In this document: piece by piece, positions 1 to 16,553 of the stretch | How positions within the stretch are numbered: position 1 is the stretch's first letter | Layout: each line of letters opens with the position of its first letter | Source of the DNA: the human T2T-CHM13v2.0 reference genome, Homo sapiens | DNA length: 64,000 bases | Direction: 5' to 3' (one strand) | Assembly: GCF_009914755.1 (NCBI RefSeq) | Contig: NC_060931.1 | The notes under the pieces: generated by a model | The model's database searches: none | The model's input: the letters and a program-made list of their open reading frames with translations, nothing else | What the model was told of the DNA's origin: nothing | Program-made: the position numbers and the translations under genes

Positions 1-2170
1 GGACTATAATTCCAAAACCTGACAAGGACAACGGGACAAAGGAAAAAAGTAAAGGCCAATCTATTGATGATCATAGGTACAGACTTCCTAAAAATAATAA
101 TAAAAAACAAACTGAAGTCAGAAATATTTCATAAAACATCATGTACTATGATTAAGTTGGGTTACCCCAGAAATGCAAAGGTATATAATACAAATCTTTA
201 AATGTCATATTACCATGTTAACAAAACCATGGGATCATGTAATGATAATGAAAAAGCATCTGATAAAACGCAACACTCCTTCATTTAAAAGAAACAAATT
301 TCTTGGAAACCTAGAAGTAAAAGGAAACTTCTTTAATTTGATAAAGAACATGCATCAAAAACCTATACCAAAAAATAATTATTAATGGTTAAATGAGATC
401 TATTTTCTTTAAAATGGGAAAAATGATGGGGATGTTCATTATTGTCACTATAATTCAAAAATTCACTGGGCAGCAAGTAAGAAAGAAAAGTTATGATTAC
501 AAATGATGATATAAAACAGTTCAATTTACATATATTTTTATATATATCCAAACCAAAAAAATAGTAAGACAAAGCAGAATTTATAACAGAATGTTAAAAC
601 ATAGCTGGATACAAGCTAATAGAAAAAAATCAATTGCAACTGCACAAGCTACAAAGATTTAATTTTAAAAAATTAAAATAGAGCTTTAAAAATAGCTACT
701 AAAAGCTGGGGGGCAGTGGGGGTATACCTATAACTAAATGTCAAAAAAAAAGAGATGAATACAACCTTGATGAAGAAAAACTTGAATCTCTCCTAAAACA
801 ACTTCTTAAAGATTTATTATTAACATAAAGAGATGACATTCCTAGGGAAGAAAAATAAGGTGACATCAAGATTTTTCTTAGCCAAGCATGGTGGCACACG
901 GCTTTGGTCCCAGCTACTCAGGAGGTTGATGTGGGAGGATTACTAGAGCCCTGTAGATAGATCAAGGCTACAGTAAGCCGTGACTGTGCCACTGCACTCC
1001 AGCCTGGGCAACAGAGTGAGACCCTGACCAAAAAACAAAAGATTTTTCATAGAGCACTAATAATTCAGTTTGGTACTGGCCTGAAGTCAGAAACATTAAC
1101 CAGCGAAACAGATCCATGCATACATGAAAATGTTATATGACAGAGACGACACTGCAGATCCCTGAAGCAATTATGGTTATTCAATAGATCAGGGGTCCAC
1201 GACCCCAGGGCTGAGGATTGGTACTGGTCTGTGTCCCATTAGGAACTGGGCTACACAGCAGGAGGTGAGCGGCGGGTGAGTGAGCATTACCGCCTGAGCT
1301 CCACCTCCTGTCAGATCAGCAGTAGCAATATATTCTCATAGAACTCTATTGTTAACTGCGCATGTGAGGGATCTGGGTTGCGTGGTCCTTATGAAAATTT
1401 AATGCCTGGTGATCTGAGGTGGAATAGTTTCGTTCTGAAACCAATCACACACGCGCTCATGCACACACACACACAGGCACAATTTTTCCAATCATGGAAA
1501 AATTGTCTTCCACAAAACCAGTCCCTGGTGCCCAAAAGGTTGGAGATCACTGCAATAGGTGATGTTGGGACAACCAGCTATCCATGTGGGAGAAAAATGA
1601 AATTGAAAACCTATTTCAGTCCAAAACCCCAAATCAATTATGAATAAATGAATGCCAATGAAACAGTGCCCAATCTTATTAATAACCAGGGAAATGCAAA
1701 TTAAAATGAGATACCACTTTAAATTATTAAACAAAAATTAAGACCTTTGACAATAAAAAAGTTGGAAAGGGTGTGAAGCAGCAGAAAATCTCTTACATTG
1801 CTGGTAGGTATGTAGATCATACAATCACTTTGGAAAAGAGTTCTATATTACCTAGTAAAATTTGAAATGTATGTATATCTATGAATCAACAAATCCAATA
1901 CTGGATAAACTTTCAAAGGTACACCAAGAAACTGATTAAAAATTTTCATAGCAGCACTGTCTTACTTGTTTACTCACATATAAACAAGTAAAAATGAAGA
2001 AAACAGTTACATATAACACAAGAATGACTCTTAGGAAAATTTTTTAGTAAAAGGGGATTTTCAAAAATAGGTTAAACTAAACAATATAATGTTTGGCAAT
2101 AATACATATGTGGGAAAATTAATTCTTTTAATCAAATGAATGGCATTCAATATAGTGGTTACCACTGGGG
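1..2170 (+). mobile_element. Old L1M fragments, interrupted by an Alu monomer (~880-1040) and MER1B
   Basis: A-rich L1 ORF2/3'-like text such as gaaatgcaaattaaaatgagataccac; boundaries approximate. Confidence 0.6.
1190..1552 (+). mobile_element. MER1B hAT-Charlie DNA transposon with internal (CA)n
   Basis: CAGGGGTCC...GGAGATCACTG termini; 8-bp TSD caatagat/caataggt. Confidence 0.88.
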
Positions 2171-2861
2171 TTGTGACAGTGAAAGAACGTATTTGTGGTT
2201 TCATGATTTTTAAAAGATATTTATATTCTTATTGAGAGTTTCTCTCTAGATAAGTATTTCTTTTGGGTCTTAAAAACTTCTATGATCCACAAGGGAAATG
2301 CCACTAAAGTAGGCACATTCTGTAAGTTACTGGTAGATTTACACTTCTCACTTTTCATAATTTTCTCCCTTTTCATAACTGAGTAATCAGTACAATTCCC
2401 TACTTGATTTGTAATAGTCTTTTACAGGATAATCATTTAATGGGGAGATGTTTATTTTTAATAACTGAAAAAGTAGGAGCCCATATAATTCCAAAGTGGT
2501 CTTAAATGGATTCTATCCTTTGATTTGCAGTAGTTTTACTTATCTTACTAATTGCTTAGAATAATATTAAATGACTTATTTAGAATGTTAAAGGTAGTTT
2601 GCATTCTCTGAATATGAATACCCACTAATTAATGTAGAAAAGCAAATTAATCACAAGGAAAAAAAAACAAGCTTGAATAAAAACTATTCATTCAATAAAA
2701 GCTTGGAAAGATCTGAGAGCCCAACAATGAAAAAGGAGTTTGTGGTCACTATAGAAAATAACTTACCTTTAATGGTAAAGAGTTAAAAATCTAGTGACAG
2801 TAATATTTGAATGAGACAAAGCCATGTAAAATTTAGTAGCTACAAATAAGATAAATCCTAC

Positions 2862-3035
2862 CTGAGAAAGGTACATCTCTAAGAACAGTAGGAGCCCAGC
2901 CCCTCCAAAGGGAAATCCAACCATCTTCAGATACTTTCTTGCTGACAAATCGATGCAGTTCCACGTAAGAAAACTTCTTGGACTGCATCTTGGTTCTAAT
3001 CAATTCTAGTGGACTTATCACAGTTACTGCACCAA
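2862..3035 (-). CDS. SLC25A40: SLC25A40 coding exon (exon 8; [20 protein letters not shown]...RDVPFS); gene continues left of window
   Basis: AG/GT boundaries, 174 nt, phase matches neighbours; carrier signature [10 protein letters not shown] (PxD/ExxK/R). Confidence 0.96.
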
Positions 3036-3765
3036 CTAATACAAACAAGTTAAAAAAAAGAAAACAAAAATAAAGCCATGTACTATGCAAACACATATAC
3101 TGTAAAAATTAATATTCACAGATTTTATATTTTAAACTTTTAGTCTATAATGTCTGAAAACCTTAAAATTAAATGTGTCATGATGTCAACATAATTGCCA
3201 CAGATTTTTCCCTTGACAAAGTATTTCTTAAAAATCTATTTTCATATACTTTACTTTTTCTGGTTTCAACTCTCTCAAGGGCAGTTCCAGAAATGTTATA
3301 ATCAACCAGAACTATGAAAACCAAAGCCCATTCCAGTTACTGCCCCAATAAATCCCACTCCCATTTAGCAGAGTAAACGTTCTTCTGTATAGAGTCAACG
3401 TTCCTTATGATAAAACTCTGAATCCCAAAGTTTATAAGGAAAGTGATTCAGGACTTTGGCCTGAATCACGCATGATCCCAGATGACACCTCAGAAGTTCA
3501 GGTAAATCAGAACCAACTCTGATGTCACTCTAAAAACTCTGTCCATGATTTGACCAAAATAGGCTGAGCCCATCTCATTCTGATGGTAATCACCATTCCA
3601 TATGACTTCTGGAGTACCTATACTATATTAACAAATTAATATAAACTATAATGCAAAATATATCATACTAATACTCTATATATTATACAAATTATCTGTG
3701 AATGTCACAACTTAAACAGAAGCTCTAAACAGAAATCAAAATGAAAATAAAGATTTATTACTCAC

Positions 3766-3890
3766 ATCTGGCTACAATTCCAGCAACAATTGGTATGCAG
3801 GTTTCATTTTCTCCTAACTTAGATCTCAGAAGAGCACTTAATTGATCATAGCAGGTAAAATAAATAACTGTGGCAGGAACTGCCATCACT
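3766..3890 (-). CDS. SLC25A40: SLC25A40 coding exon 7 (VMAVPATVIYFTCYDQLSALLRSKLGENETCIPIVAGIVAR)
   Basis: ctaacag acceptor, gtgagt donor, 125 nt, frame continuous. Confidence 0.95.
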
Positions 3891-4169
3891 CTGTTAGATC
3901 ACACAAAAAGATTTGTTCAAAATTATCAAAAGATCCCACATAGTCTTAACTTAAATTCAAATATTATTATATAAGCTAAAAAAGTCTTATATTTTGTGTA
4001 AGCTAAAAACTACAATAAATCAGCCTATGAGATCAATTTTTCTTTTAGTTTAAAAATGATTAGTACTTAACTTAGTAGGCAGTAAAAAGATATAAAGTAG
4101 GCATTTGCCATCCAAAAGTTTTCATTCCAGTTGTAAAGACAGTTACAATAAATAGCATTAAGTAAGCGC

Positions 4170-4345
4170 TAGCATGGTGGCACATGCCTGTAATCCCAGC
4201 TACTCAGGTAGCTGAGGAACAAGAATCACTTGAACCTGGCAGGCAGAGGTTGCAATGAGCCGAGATCGTGCCACTGCACTCCAGCCTATTTAGGGACAGA
4301 GCAAGACTGTCTCTAAATAAATAAATAAATAAAATAAAAATAAAA
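4170..4345 (+). mobile_element. Alu right monomer with (TAAA)n tail
   Basis: Alu consensus match. Confidence 0.85.
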
Positions 4346-5112
4346 CAAATAGGAAAAGACAAATTAAGACAGACACTTCATCTCCATCTCTGTTTCTGGT
4401 CTCCCAGATCTTCTTTCTCATTCATAATTACCATAACATCAGAATCAGCGAAATAAAAAGTACGTGAGAAATTGTAAAACATTTTTGTACTGTGGACCAT
4501 ATATCACTCCTGCTTATAACTAGACATAAATTATAATTAACATCATCAGAATTACATACACTAATTTTAAGGGAATTCTAATGACATACTATTTTAAAAG
4601 AAATTATTAAAAGGGAATTATTAAATTCAAACACAAAGTTGCAGGTACTGCCATGTCAATAAATATTAGTGCAACAAGAAACTAGTCCATGTTTATGATG
4701 TAACTAAAGGACATTCACAGACTATAAATTGGAATGCCTAATGTTATATGGTGGACTTTGCTGCTGAGAATTTAGGAGCAGGACTGACTGGTGGGGTATC
4801 GGATCTGCCACTAACTTTAAACCTTAAACATTGTTTAAAATAAATGCCTCAAATTGACTAATTTCCTCCATTAAAAGTATAAAGTTCTTGGGAATAAATG
4901 AGACAGCAAAAGCCAAGTTATTATTTTACATTTTTACATTCAATATTAACAGTTTATCATATTAATTCATGTAATCGCCAGGCAGTAGACAATTAGAATT
5001 ACCTGGAGAAAGGAAAGTATACATTTTGCAATATATCATACAGCTTTAGTAAAATGAACAAATAAACACCAAAGTCTTTATTTCTGAACATGAAAAAAAT
5101 TACCATATGCTT

Positions 5113-5665
5113 GTGTAGCAAAGACAACACAGCAGGCTTGGTTGCTCAAACCTTATATAACTTCAGGAGGGCCTATGTGCATGCCTGACCTCTGGACAAC
5201 TCGTGAGAATATATCCCCAGGAGTATTCCCCATTAGAAGGTTTTTTGTATGTCTGAAGCACTAAACCAACTTGTCCAGGTTGATCTGTACACTGCGATTT
5301 ATAGTACACTTCTTTCCTTCTGTGGGTTTGAAGTTTTGCTCATCACAACTGGCCTAAAAGACAGAATGTATCCATATAACCCATGCTCAATAAAAGCCCT
5401 ACACTCAAAACTCAAATGGGTTTCCCAAGGCAGAAGCACTTTGTATACTTCACAGCTCACTGATAGAAGGATAAGCACATCCTGTGCAATGCCATAAGGG
5501 AGGACTTTGGAAGCCTATTTCTGGACAACTCCTGATGTGCCTTTTTCCCTTACCGATTCTGTTTTCTATCCTTTTGCTGTAATAAACCGTATCTGTGAAT
5601 GTAACCTCTTCAGGTCCTGCAAGTCCTTCTAGTACATCATCAAACATGTGGGTGGCTGTGAGGCT
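5113..5665 (+). mobile_element. Old LTR, MER21/MER68/MER77-like 3' end
   Basis: tatccttttgctgtaataaac...gtggct resembles the 3' end of this LTR group; family uncertain. Confidence 0.5.
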
Positions 5666-5793
5666 TAAAAAACAATACCTCAGAAAATGAAAGCATTCTA
5701 ATATTAAAAATGCAAGACTTTGTCCAACCATGCTGATTATAGGATAAAATAACAATCATTATTTAGTAGAAAAAACATTAAATTTCAACTTAC

Positions 5794-5861
5794 AGGGTAG
5801 GAGGAAGGCCACTCCATAGAGATTTAATGCCCTCATTTCGAATGATTTTAAAAAATGCATC
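5794..5861 (-). CDS. SLC25A40: SLC25A40 coding exon 6 (DAFFKIIRNEGIKSLWSGLPPT)
   Basis: tttag acceptor, gtaagt donor, 68 nt; EGxxxLW carrier motif. Confidence 0.95.
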
Positions 5862-6289
5862 CTAAAGTTATAATAGAAAAAAAGTAATCAAAATATATCT
5901 TTAAACCTTTTATACAAAAATTTATACTGATGATTGGTAATTTCATTCTTTCAGGTATTTATATCTAAAAAAATAAGCTTTTTGGATTTATGTATGTCCA
6001 TTCTTTTTAAAAAGGGAATTTTAACACAATTAAAATGAAGCATTTCTGGATGATACTAACTTCTTACAGAATGAAGTCTATATTACTCAGCTCTAGATTG
6101 TTCTACTAAGAGCTTAGAAAAAAAGCTTTAGAAAAGATTATTATAAGAAAGGAAGTAGAGCAAAAGCAGAGAACTGGTTAAACTTGCTTAAGTATGAAAT
6201 TAGAGAAAATATTAAAATGTGCTATGTGAAATCTTTGGAGAGGAACCAAAAGTAGGCAGAGCTGAAGAGAAGTCTTCTATTAACAGACA

Positions 6290-9930
<3,641 letters not shown>

Positions 9931-10116
9931 AGTTACCTCCCCTTTTTTACACAAAACCATGAACCTATGAAAAGGTTAACAAAGGGTTAAAAGCAAAGAA
10001 GTAGTTCCCTGTTCTCAGTTTAATATGATTCTTAACCCTCTTGCAATTAGAAAATATTTCACATATAAGATTAAATAGAAAATATACTGTGATTCTAAGG
10101 AATATAATCACCTTAC

Positions 10117-10223
10117 CAATGTTCCCTGGAAATTTCCTGGCTTCTTATACCATAGTTTGTTGCCTCCCTCTTCACAGACACATAGATGATCCATGAGTCC
10201 ATTACTATATACAAAACATTTTC
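10117..10223 (-). CDS. SLC25A40: SLC25A40 coding exon 5 ([35 protein letters not shown]), matrix loop 1
   Basis: gttag acceptor, gtaagg donor, 107 nt, frame continuous. Confidence 0.95.
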
Positions 10224-10460
10224 CTAACAAAGAAGATTCCAACAACCAACAATTACCTCACATAACTGTTATTATTTTTACAGATGAACAAATTGACATC
10301 ACAATGAGGAAACTAGAAAATTACGAAAAGAGAAACAATCTTGAAAAAGATAAATAAACATCTCTACTTTTTAGGATGAAACAGACAAAATTAATTTGAT
10401 TTGCTTAATGCTACTGCAATGCATTCTAAACTCAGAGTTGTTAAAAGTAACTGTATATTA

Positions 10461-10772
<312 letters not shown>

Positions 10773-10793
10773 TCAGAACTGCAATAAGAAAAT

Positions 10794-11091
10794 GGCTGGG
10801 CATGGTGGCTCATGCCTGTAATCCCAGCACTTTGGGAGGCCAAGGCCAGGGGACCACTTGAGGCCAGTTTGATTTCAGCCTGGGCTACACAGTGAGCCTC
10901 CATCTCTACAAAAAAATTTTAAAAATCAGCTGGGTGTGATGGCACGTGCCTGTAGTCCCAGCTACTCAGGAGGCTGAAGTGGGAAGATCACCTGAGCCCA
11001 GGAGGTCAAGGCTGCAGTGAGCTATGATCACACTACTACACTCCAGCCTGGGTGACAGAGTAAGACCCAGTCTCAAAAAAAAAAAAAAAAA
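10794..11091 (+). mobile_element. AluJ
   Basis: Alu dimer, J-type positions, poly(A). Confidence 0.85.
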
Positions 11092-12204
11092 AGGACACAA
11101 AAATAACTTCTTTTAAGTTATCTGAGGGAATGAAGAAGGAAGATAAAAGACGAAAACCCATTTAGAGAAGGGAACATGGACGCATATCTTCTCTATTTGA
11201 CCAGAAGAAAAATCTGTGGTATGCAAGGGAAATTCAGACAAAACTAGAATTTTTTTTTAAATGTCATTCTCAATGTACATAATGCTATGCTTTGTCTCTT
11301 TTTCTGTATCTGTACTGTACTGCTCAGTCTAGCCATTTGTCACATTCCACCTAATGTAGTACAACTTTCTCTAATACCAACTTCTTCCCACTTACTGGAC
11401 TAACTGTTGCCAAAATTGTCTTCTCTGCCCAACAGTATGTAAAAATACAAAGCTGTGAATTTTGTAATACTTAGGTCTGAGTGTTTCCTTCTGCTTTTAT
11501 GGCTTTCTTTAATGTATAGGAAATTACCTTTTCAGCATCTTCCTACAATCAATCTATCCTTTCATTCATCTAAAATACCAGGGCTGTTCATTCCATCTCA
11601 CCACTCTGAATTCAACACAGTGGCTTTATATCTGAGCCAATTTTCTCACAGTCCAAACACGTGTTTTCTGCCACTTAAAATATGGTTGCAATGCCATTAT
11701 CTTTATAAACCTATAAAATCTAAGGAATTGCGAATTTTGCCTATCTTATAAAAATACATCATTATTTGTCTCAAATTCTACATAAACTACTATCCAGAAA
11801 TTAACCAAGCTGTCTGATAAAATAATAAATTTCCAATCACTATATTCAAGCAATAGTTGTATGATGGTCATGAATGCTCTAACATGGGCACAACTTTTGG
11901 ACACAGGAGTAAGCTGGATTCTAAGGTCCCTCACAAATATAATTCTGTTCTTACCTCTGAGGCACAAATACAAATACATAACCATCCTTTGCTTTAATTA
12001 GTAGGTCCATATAAATATTATGTATTTATTTGCTTTTTGCCTACACCTCATCACGTACAACTAAATGGTGAAAAAAAAAGTTTTTCATGAGGATAAAGAG
12101 GCATCAATTTTAATAAATTAGCAAATGAATGTTAGGCAAAAAAAAAAACCACAGGAACATTTAAAAATCAAACATAACATTTTTAGGGCAATTAGTACAC
12201 ATAC

Positions 12205-12264
12205 CTTTGGGGAGTGGGTTGTTTTGGGCTTGGAGTCTAATTTTAACAACATCCAGGGGTGTCA
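12205..12264 (-). CDS. SLC25A40: SLC25A40 coding exon 4 (TPLDVVKIRLQAQNNPLPK)
   Basis: catag acceptor, gtatgt donor, 60 nt; carrier signature PLDVVKIRLQ. Confidence 0.96.
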
Positions 12265-13429
12265 CTATGAAGATATGTTAAGTTTCAATTAGCGAGTGGT
12301 ATCTGTAAATTGGATAGATGTTTTACACAGAACACAAAATACATTGATTCATACTTTTCCTCATGGCTATATAATTGGTAAGCTTATTTATCTTAAAGTA
12401 GTCTTGAATGTAACATTCTAATTTTTTTGCCCTTAAATTTTGTTAATCAGTGAAAGACAGACGAATTACTTCTCTCATGAGTACTAAACTGTTATTTGTA
12501 ATATTCCTACAACTATCATTACATTAGCATTAAAGTCAGTATTTATAAGAAAATATGATTTCTAATATAAGAAGTAAAAGTTCCAAAAGACTTTGAGAAT
12601 AACTTTCTATAAGTAATCAATAGCCAAATGATATTAGTCTTCCCAATCTGTTAAATTTACCTGTATCAAATAAGAGGTACAGATAATAAAAATTTGAGTA
12701 AACTAGTCATAAAACATCTTTAGCACTAAGTTATGTTATTCCATTTGGGCATAGCACAGCAAAGGAAAATAGTTTTAATATGCATGCTATATTTTATCCA
12801 AGTAGAAACAAATGCCAAATAATGTTTCTAAGAAAACTTTTCCTCATCTTGAGAATGATGATAATTATATTAGATGATCTCTATGACCTTTATAACTCAA
12901 ATTCTGACCTGAAAATACATCATAAGCAATTAATTTATTTGTTCTAATCATTTGTTATTTACATAAACTAGCCAACTTAAAAATCATTAAAATGCTAAAC
13001 TATCACCTAACTGTGTCATTTGGCTACATCTACAAGAAGCTGACTGTAAGAAACAGAAAACTGTGAACCAGAGAAATTTAAGAAATTCCGTTAATGCAAA
13101 GTAAAGATTATTTGTAATTGTTACGAACATAAATTGTGAAAATTCTGTATTATTCATTATGCTAATATTTTATTCCATCTTCTTGCTTTCTATTATAGAC
13201 ATGGGGAATCAGAAAAGTTTAATGTTGATAGGGACCCAAAAGAAATCCCAGTTATAAGCCCCTAATTTACAGATGAAATAATGAAGTTCAAATAAAAGTT
13301 AGATACTGTTCCCAAGTGTATTCACCGTGAGAATGGCAAAGCAAGGACTCAAGTCTCTTGAATCTCTGTCCAGGGTTGTTTTCATATAATAATATGATGA
13401 AACATTCATGGATCATAAATGATAGTATG

Positions 13430-14476
13430 TGTTGCAGGAAGTCAGGGATCCTGAATGGAGGGACCAGGTGGAGCCGCAGCAAAGGAACATAAATTCTGAA
13501 GATTTCATGGACATTTACCAGTTCCCAAATAATACTTTCATAATTTCTTACCCCTGTCTTACTTTAATCTCTTAATCCTGTTATTTTTATAAGCTAAGGA
13601 TGTACATCACATCAGGGCCACTATGATAATTGTGATAACTGTACAAATTGATTGTAAAACATGTATGTTTGAACAATATGAAATAAGTGCACCTTGAAAA
13701 AGAACAGAATAACAGCGATTTTAGGGAACAAGGGAAGACAACCATAAGGTCTGACTGCCCGCAGGGTCGGGCAAAATAGAGCCATATTTTTCTTCTTGCA
13801 GATAGCCTATAAACGGACATGCAAGTAGGGAAGATATTGCTAAATTATTTTCCTAGCAAGGAATATTAATAATTCATACCCTGGGGAAGGAATGCATTCC
13901 TGGTGGGAGGTCTATACATGGCCACTCTGGGAGTGTCTGTCTTATGCCGTTGAGATAAAGACTGAAATACGCCCTGGTCTCCTGCAGTACCCTCAGGCTT
14001 ACTAGGATTGGGCAACTCCACCCTGGTAAATTTGAGGTCAGACTGGATCTCTGCTCTCAAACCCTCTTTTCTGTTGTTTAAGATGTTTATCAAGACAAAA
14101 CGTGCACTGCTGAACATAGACCCTTATCAGTAATTCTGCTTTTGCCCTTTGCCTTGTGATCTTTGCTGGACCCTTATCAGGAGTCTGTGATTTTGCCCTT
14201 GTCCTGTTTCCTCAGAAGCATGTGATTTTTGTTCTCCTTTTTACCCTTTGAAGCATGTGATCTTGTGACCTTACTCCCTGTTCTTACACCCCCTCCCCTT
14301 TTGAAATCCTTAATAAAACTTGCTAGTTTTGCAGCTCAGGTGGGCAATCACGGTCCTACCAATATGTGATGTCACCCCCGGAGGCCCAGCTGTAAAATTC
14401 CTCTCTTTGTACTCTTTATTTCTCAGCCAGCCAATACTTATGGAAAATAGAAAGAAACTACGTTGAAATACTGATA
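13430..14476 (+). mobile_element. MER11 solo LTR (HERV-K11/HML-8)
   Basis: Starts TGTTGCAGGAAGTCAGGGA; internal tttgccc/tgtgat repeats; AATAAA ~14312; ends ggaaaatagaaagaa.ctacgttgaaata. Confidence 0.88.
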
Positions 14477-14543
14477 CTAAAACTCAAATGGAAGCACTGA
14501 CTCATTCAAAGTTACATAATCTACATCAGTAACATAATTTTAC

Positions 14544-14640
14544 CTATTACTGATGTCAGTATAGCTCCAGTACATGAGGCAAGCATTTGTTGAAGAGGTG
14601 TCACTTTGATAATCTCTTGTCCCCTTGTCTCAGGATCCAT
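14544..14640 (-). CDS. SLC25A40: SLC25A40 first coding segment (MDPETRGQEIIKVTPLQQMLASCTGAILTSVI); exon 3 spans 14544-14664 including 24 nt of 5'UTR
   Basis: ATG at 14640 in strong context aaatATGg; taacag acceptor at 14665-14670; gtaaaa donor. Confidence 0.95.
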
Positions 14641-15085
14641 ATTTTTAACTAATTAAATAAAAACCTGTTAAAAAGAAAACATAAAATTAGAGCACATCCT
14701 CTGATCTTTCAAAAATGATAACATCCTTCAGCTAAGCTGGGTGAGCAGCATCACATTAGTAAGACAACTAAGAGAGAATTAACCAAACAGATACTGACAG
14801 AATGAAAGCAGGTGACCACTAAGTCTGAGTCTGTGAACTCAGCCTCATACACACTACTAAAAAAACCTCCCCAATAGAGTACAGAGGTATCAGCAAATAC
14901 AGCCCTTTATTGTATACCAGTAGTTGTTGTACAGATGTAAAATAAAAACACATAACCTTAATAAGTTTTATCTTACAAAAATTTGATGAGAAAAGCAACA
15001 TAAAAACATAAAAAGTTTTAAAAAGTCAGATAATACAGAACAGTATAAAAATAACTTATGAACTTACTATTCAAAAATAATCACC

Positions 15086-15482
<397 letters not shown>

Positions 15483-15826
15483 TCAAACACACGTACACTT
15501 ATGTGTCCGTGTACATACAGCTTTTCTGAAAAACAGGTCAATACTATTTTGCTTGTTTAGTAGGCTGCTTTAACACTTAAAAACACATTATAGACATTGT
15601 GTCAATAAAAACAGATTTACATTTTTATTGCTTGCACGGTAGTTAATTATATTTATTTAATCAGTTTCAGATTGTTAGATATCAGGTTGTTGCCAATTTC
15701 CAAACTATAAAATATTCTGCTATAACATTCTTATACATACATATATATATTTTTGTAACCTTCCTACAATTACTGTAGGAAAGATAGTAAGATTGATGGG
15801 ATAAGCTATTTTAAAACTTGATACAG

Positions 15827-16135
15827 GGCCAGGTGTGGTGGCTCACACCTGTAATCCTAGCACTTTGGGAGGCCAAGGCAGGTGGATTACCTGAGGTCAG
15901 GAGTTTGAGACCAGCCTGGCCAACATGGTGAAATCCAGTCTCTACTAAAAATACAAAAAATTAGCAGGGCATGGTGGCGCAAACCTGTAGTCCCAGTTCC
16001 GTGGGGGACTGAGGCATGAGAATCCCTTTAACCCAGGAGGCAGAAGTTGCAATGAGCCAAGATCGCATTACTGCACTCCAGCCTAGGTGACAGAGAAGAC
16101 TACATGTCAAAATCAAAACAACAACAACAAAAAAA
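15827..16135 (+). mobile_element. AluSx-like
   Basis: Alu dimer with (CAA)n tail; TSD aaaac(t/g)t(g/c)ataca. Confidence 0.88.
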
Positions 16136-16484
16136 ACGTCATACAAATTGCCATGATGCTTTCCAGAAAGCTTGGATCAATCTATACTTCTACTGGCAAT
16201 ATGAGAGTTCCTACTTATCCATGACTTATCAAATTCTCTGTCAAATTACATATAATTTTTTTTCTGAACCATTCAAAAGTAGGCTGCATACATCATGTCC
16301 CTTCACCATAAATACATCAGAATATTATCTTATATAATCACAATACAATTATCAAATTCAGGAAACTTAATTTTGAACCGTACTCTACAGTTCATATTCC
16401 AATTCTGTCAATAATATCAATAATGTCCTTTATCAAAATAAATAGTAATTTTATTGATTCTTTAGACTTTTATTATCTACCTAC

Positions 16485-16553
16485 CTGGTTTGAGTCTGTT
16501 CTTCAACTCTATGCTCCAATATTTTATTGTTTGTAACATCAGTAGCCAAAAAC
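16485..16553 (-). other. SLC25A40: SLC25A40 5'UTR exon 2 (69 nt)
   Basis: Pyrimidine tract plus ttacag acceptor and cag|gtaggt donor; matches recalled gene structure. Confidence 0.8.
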
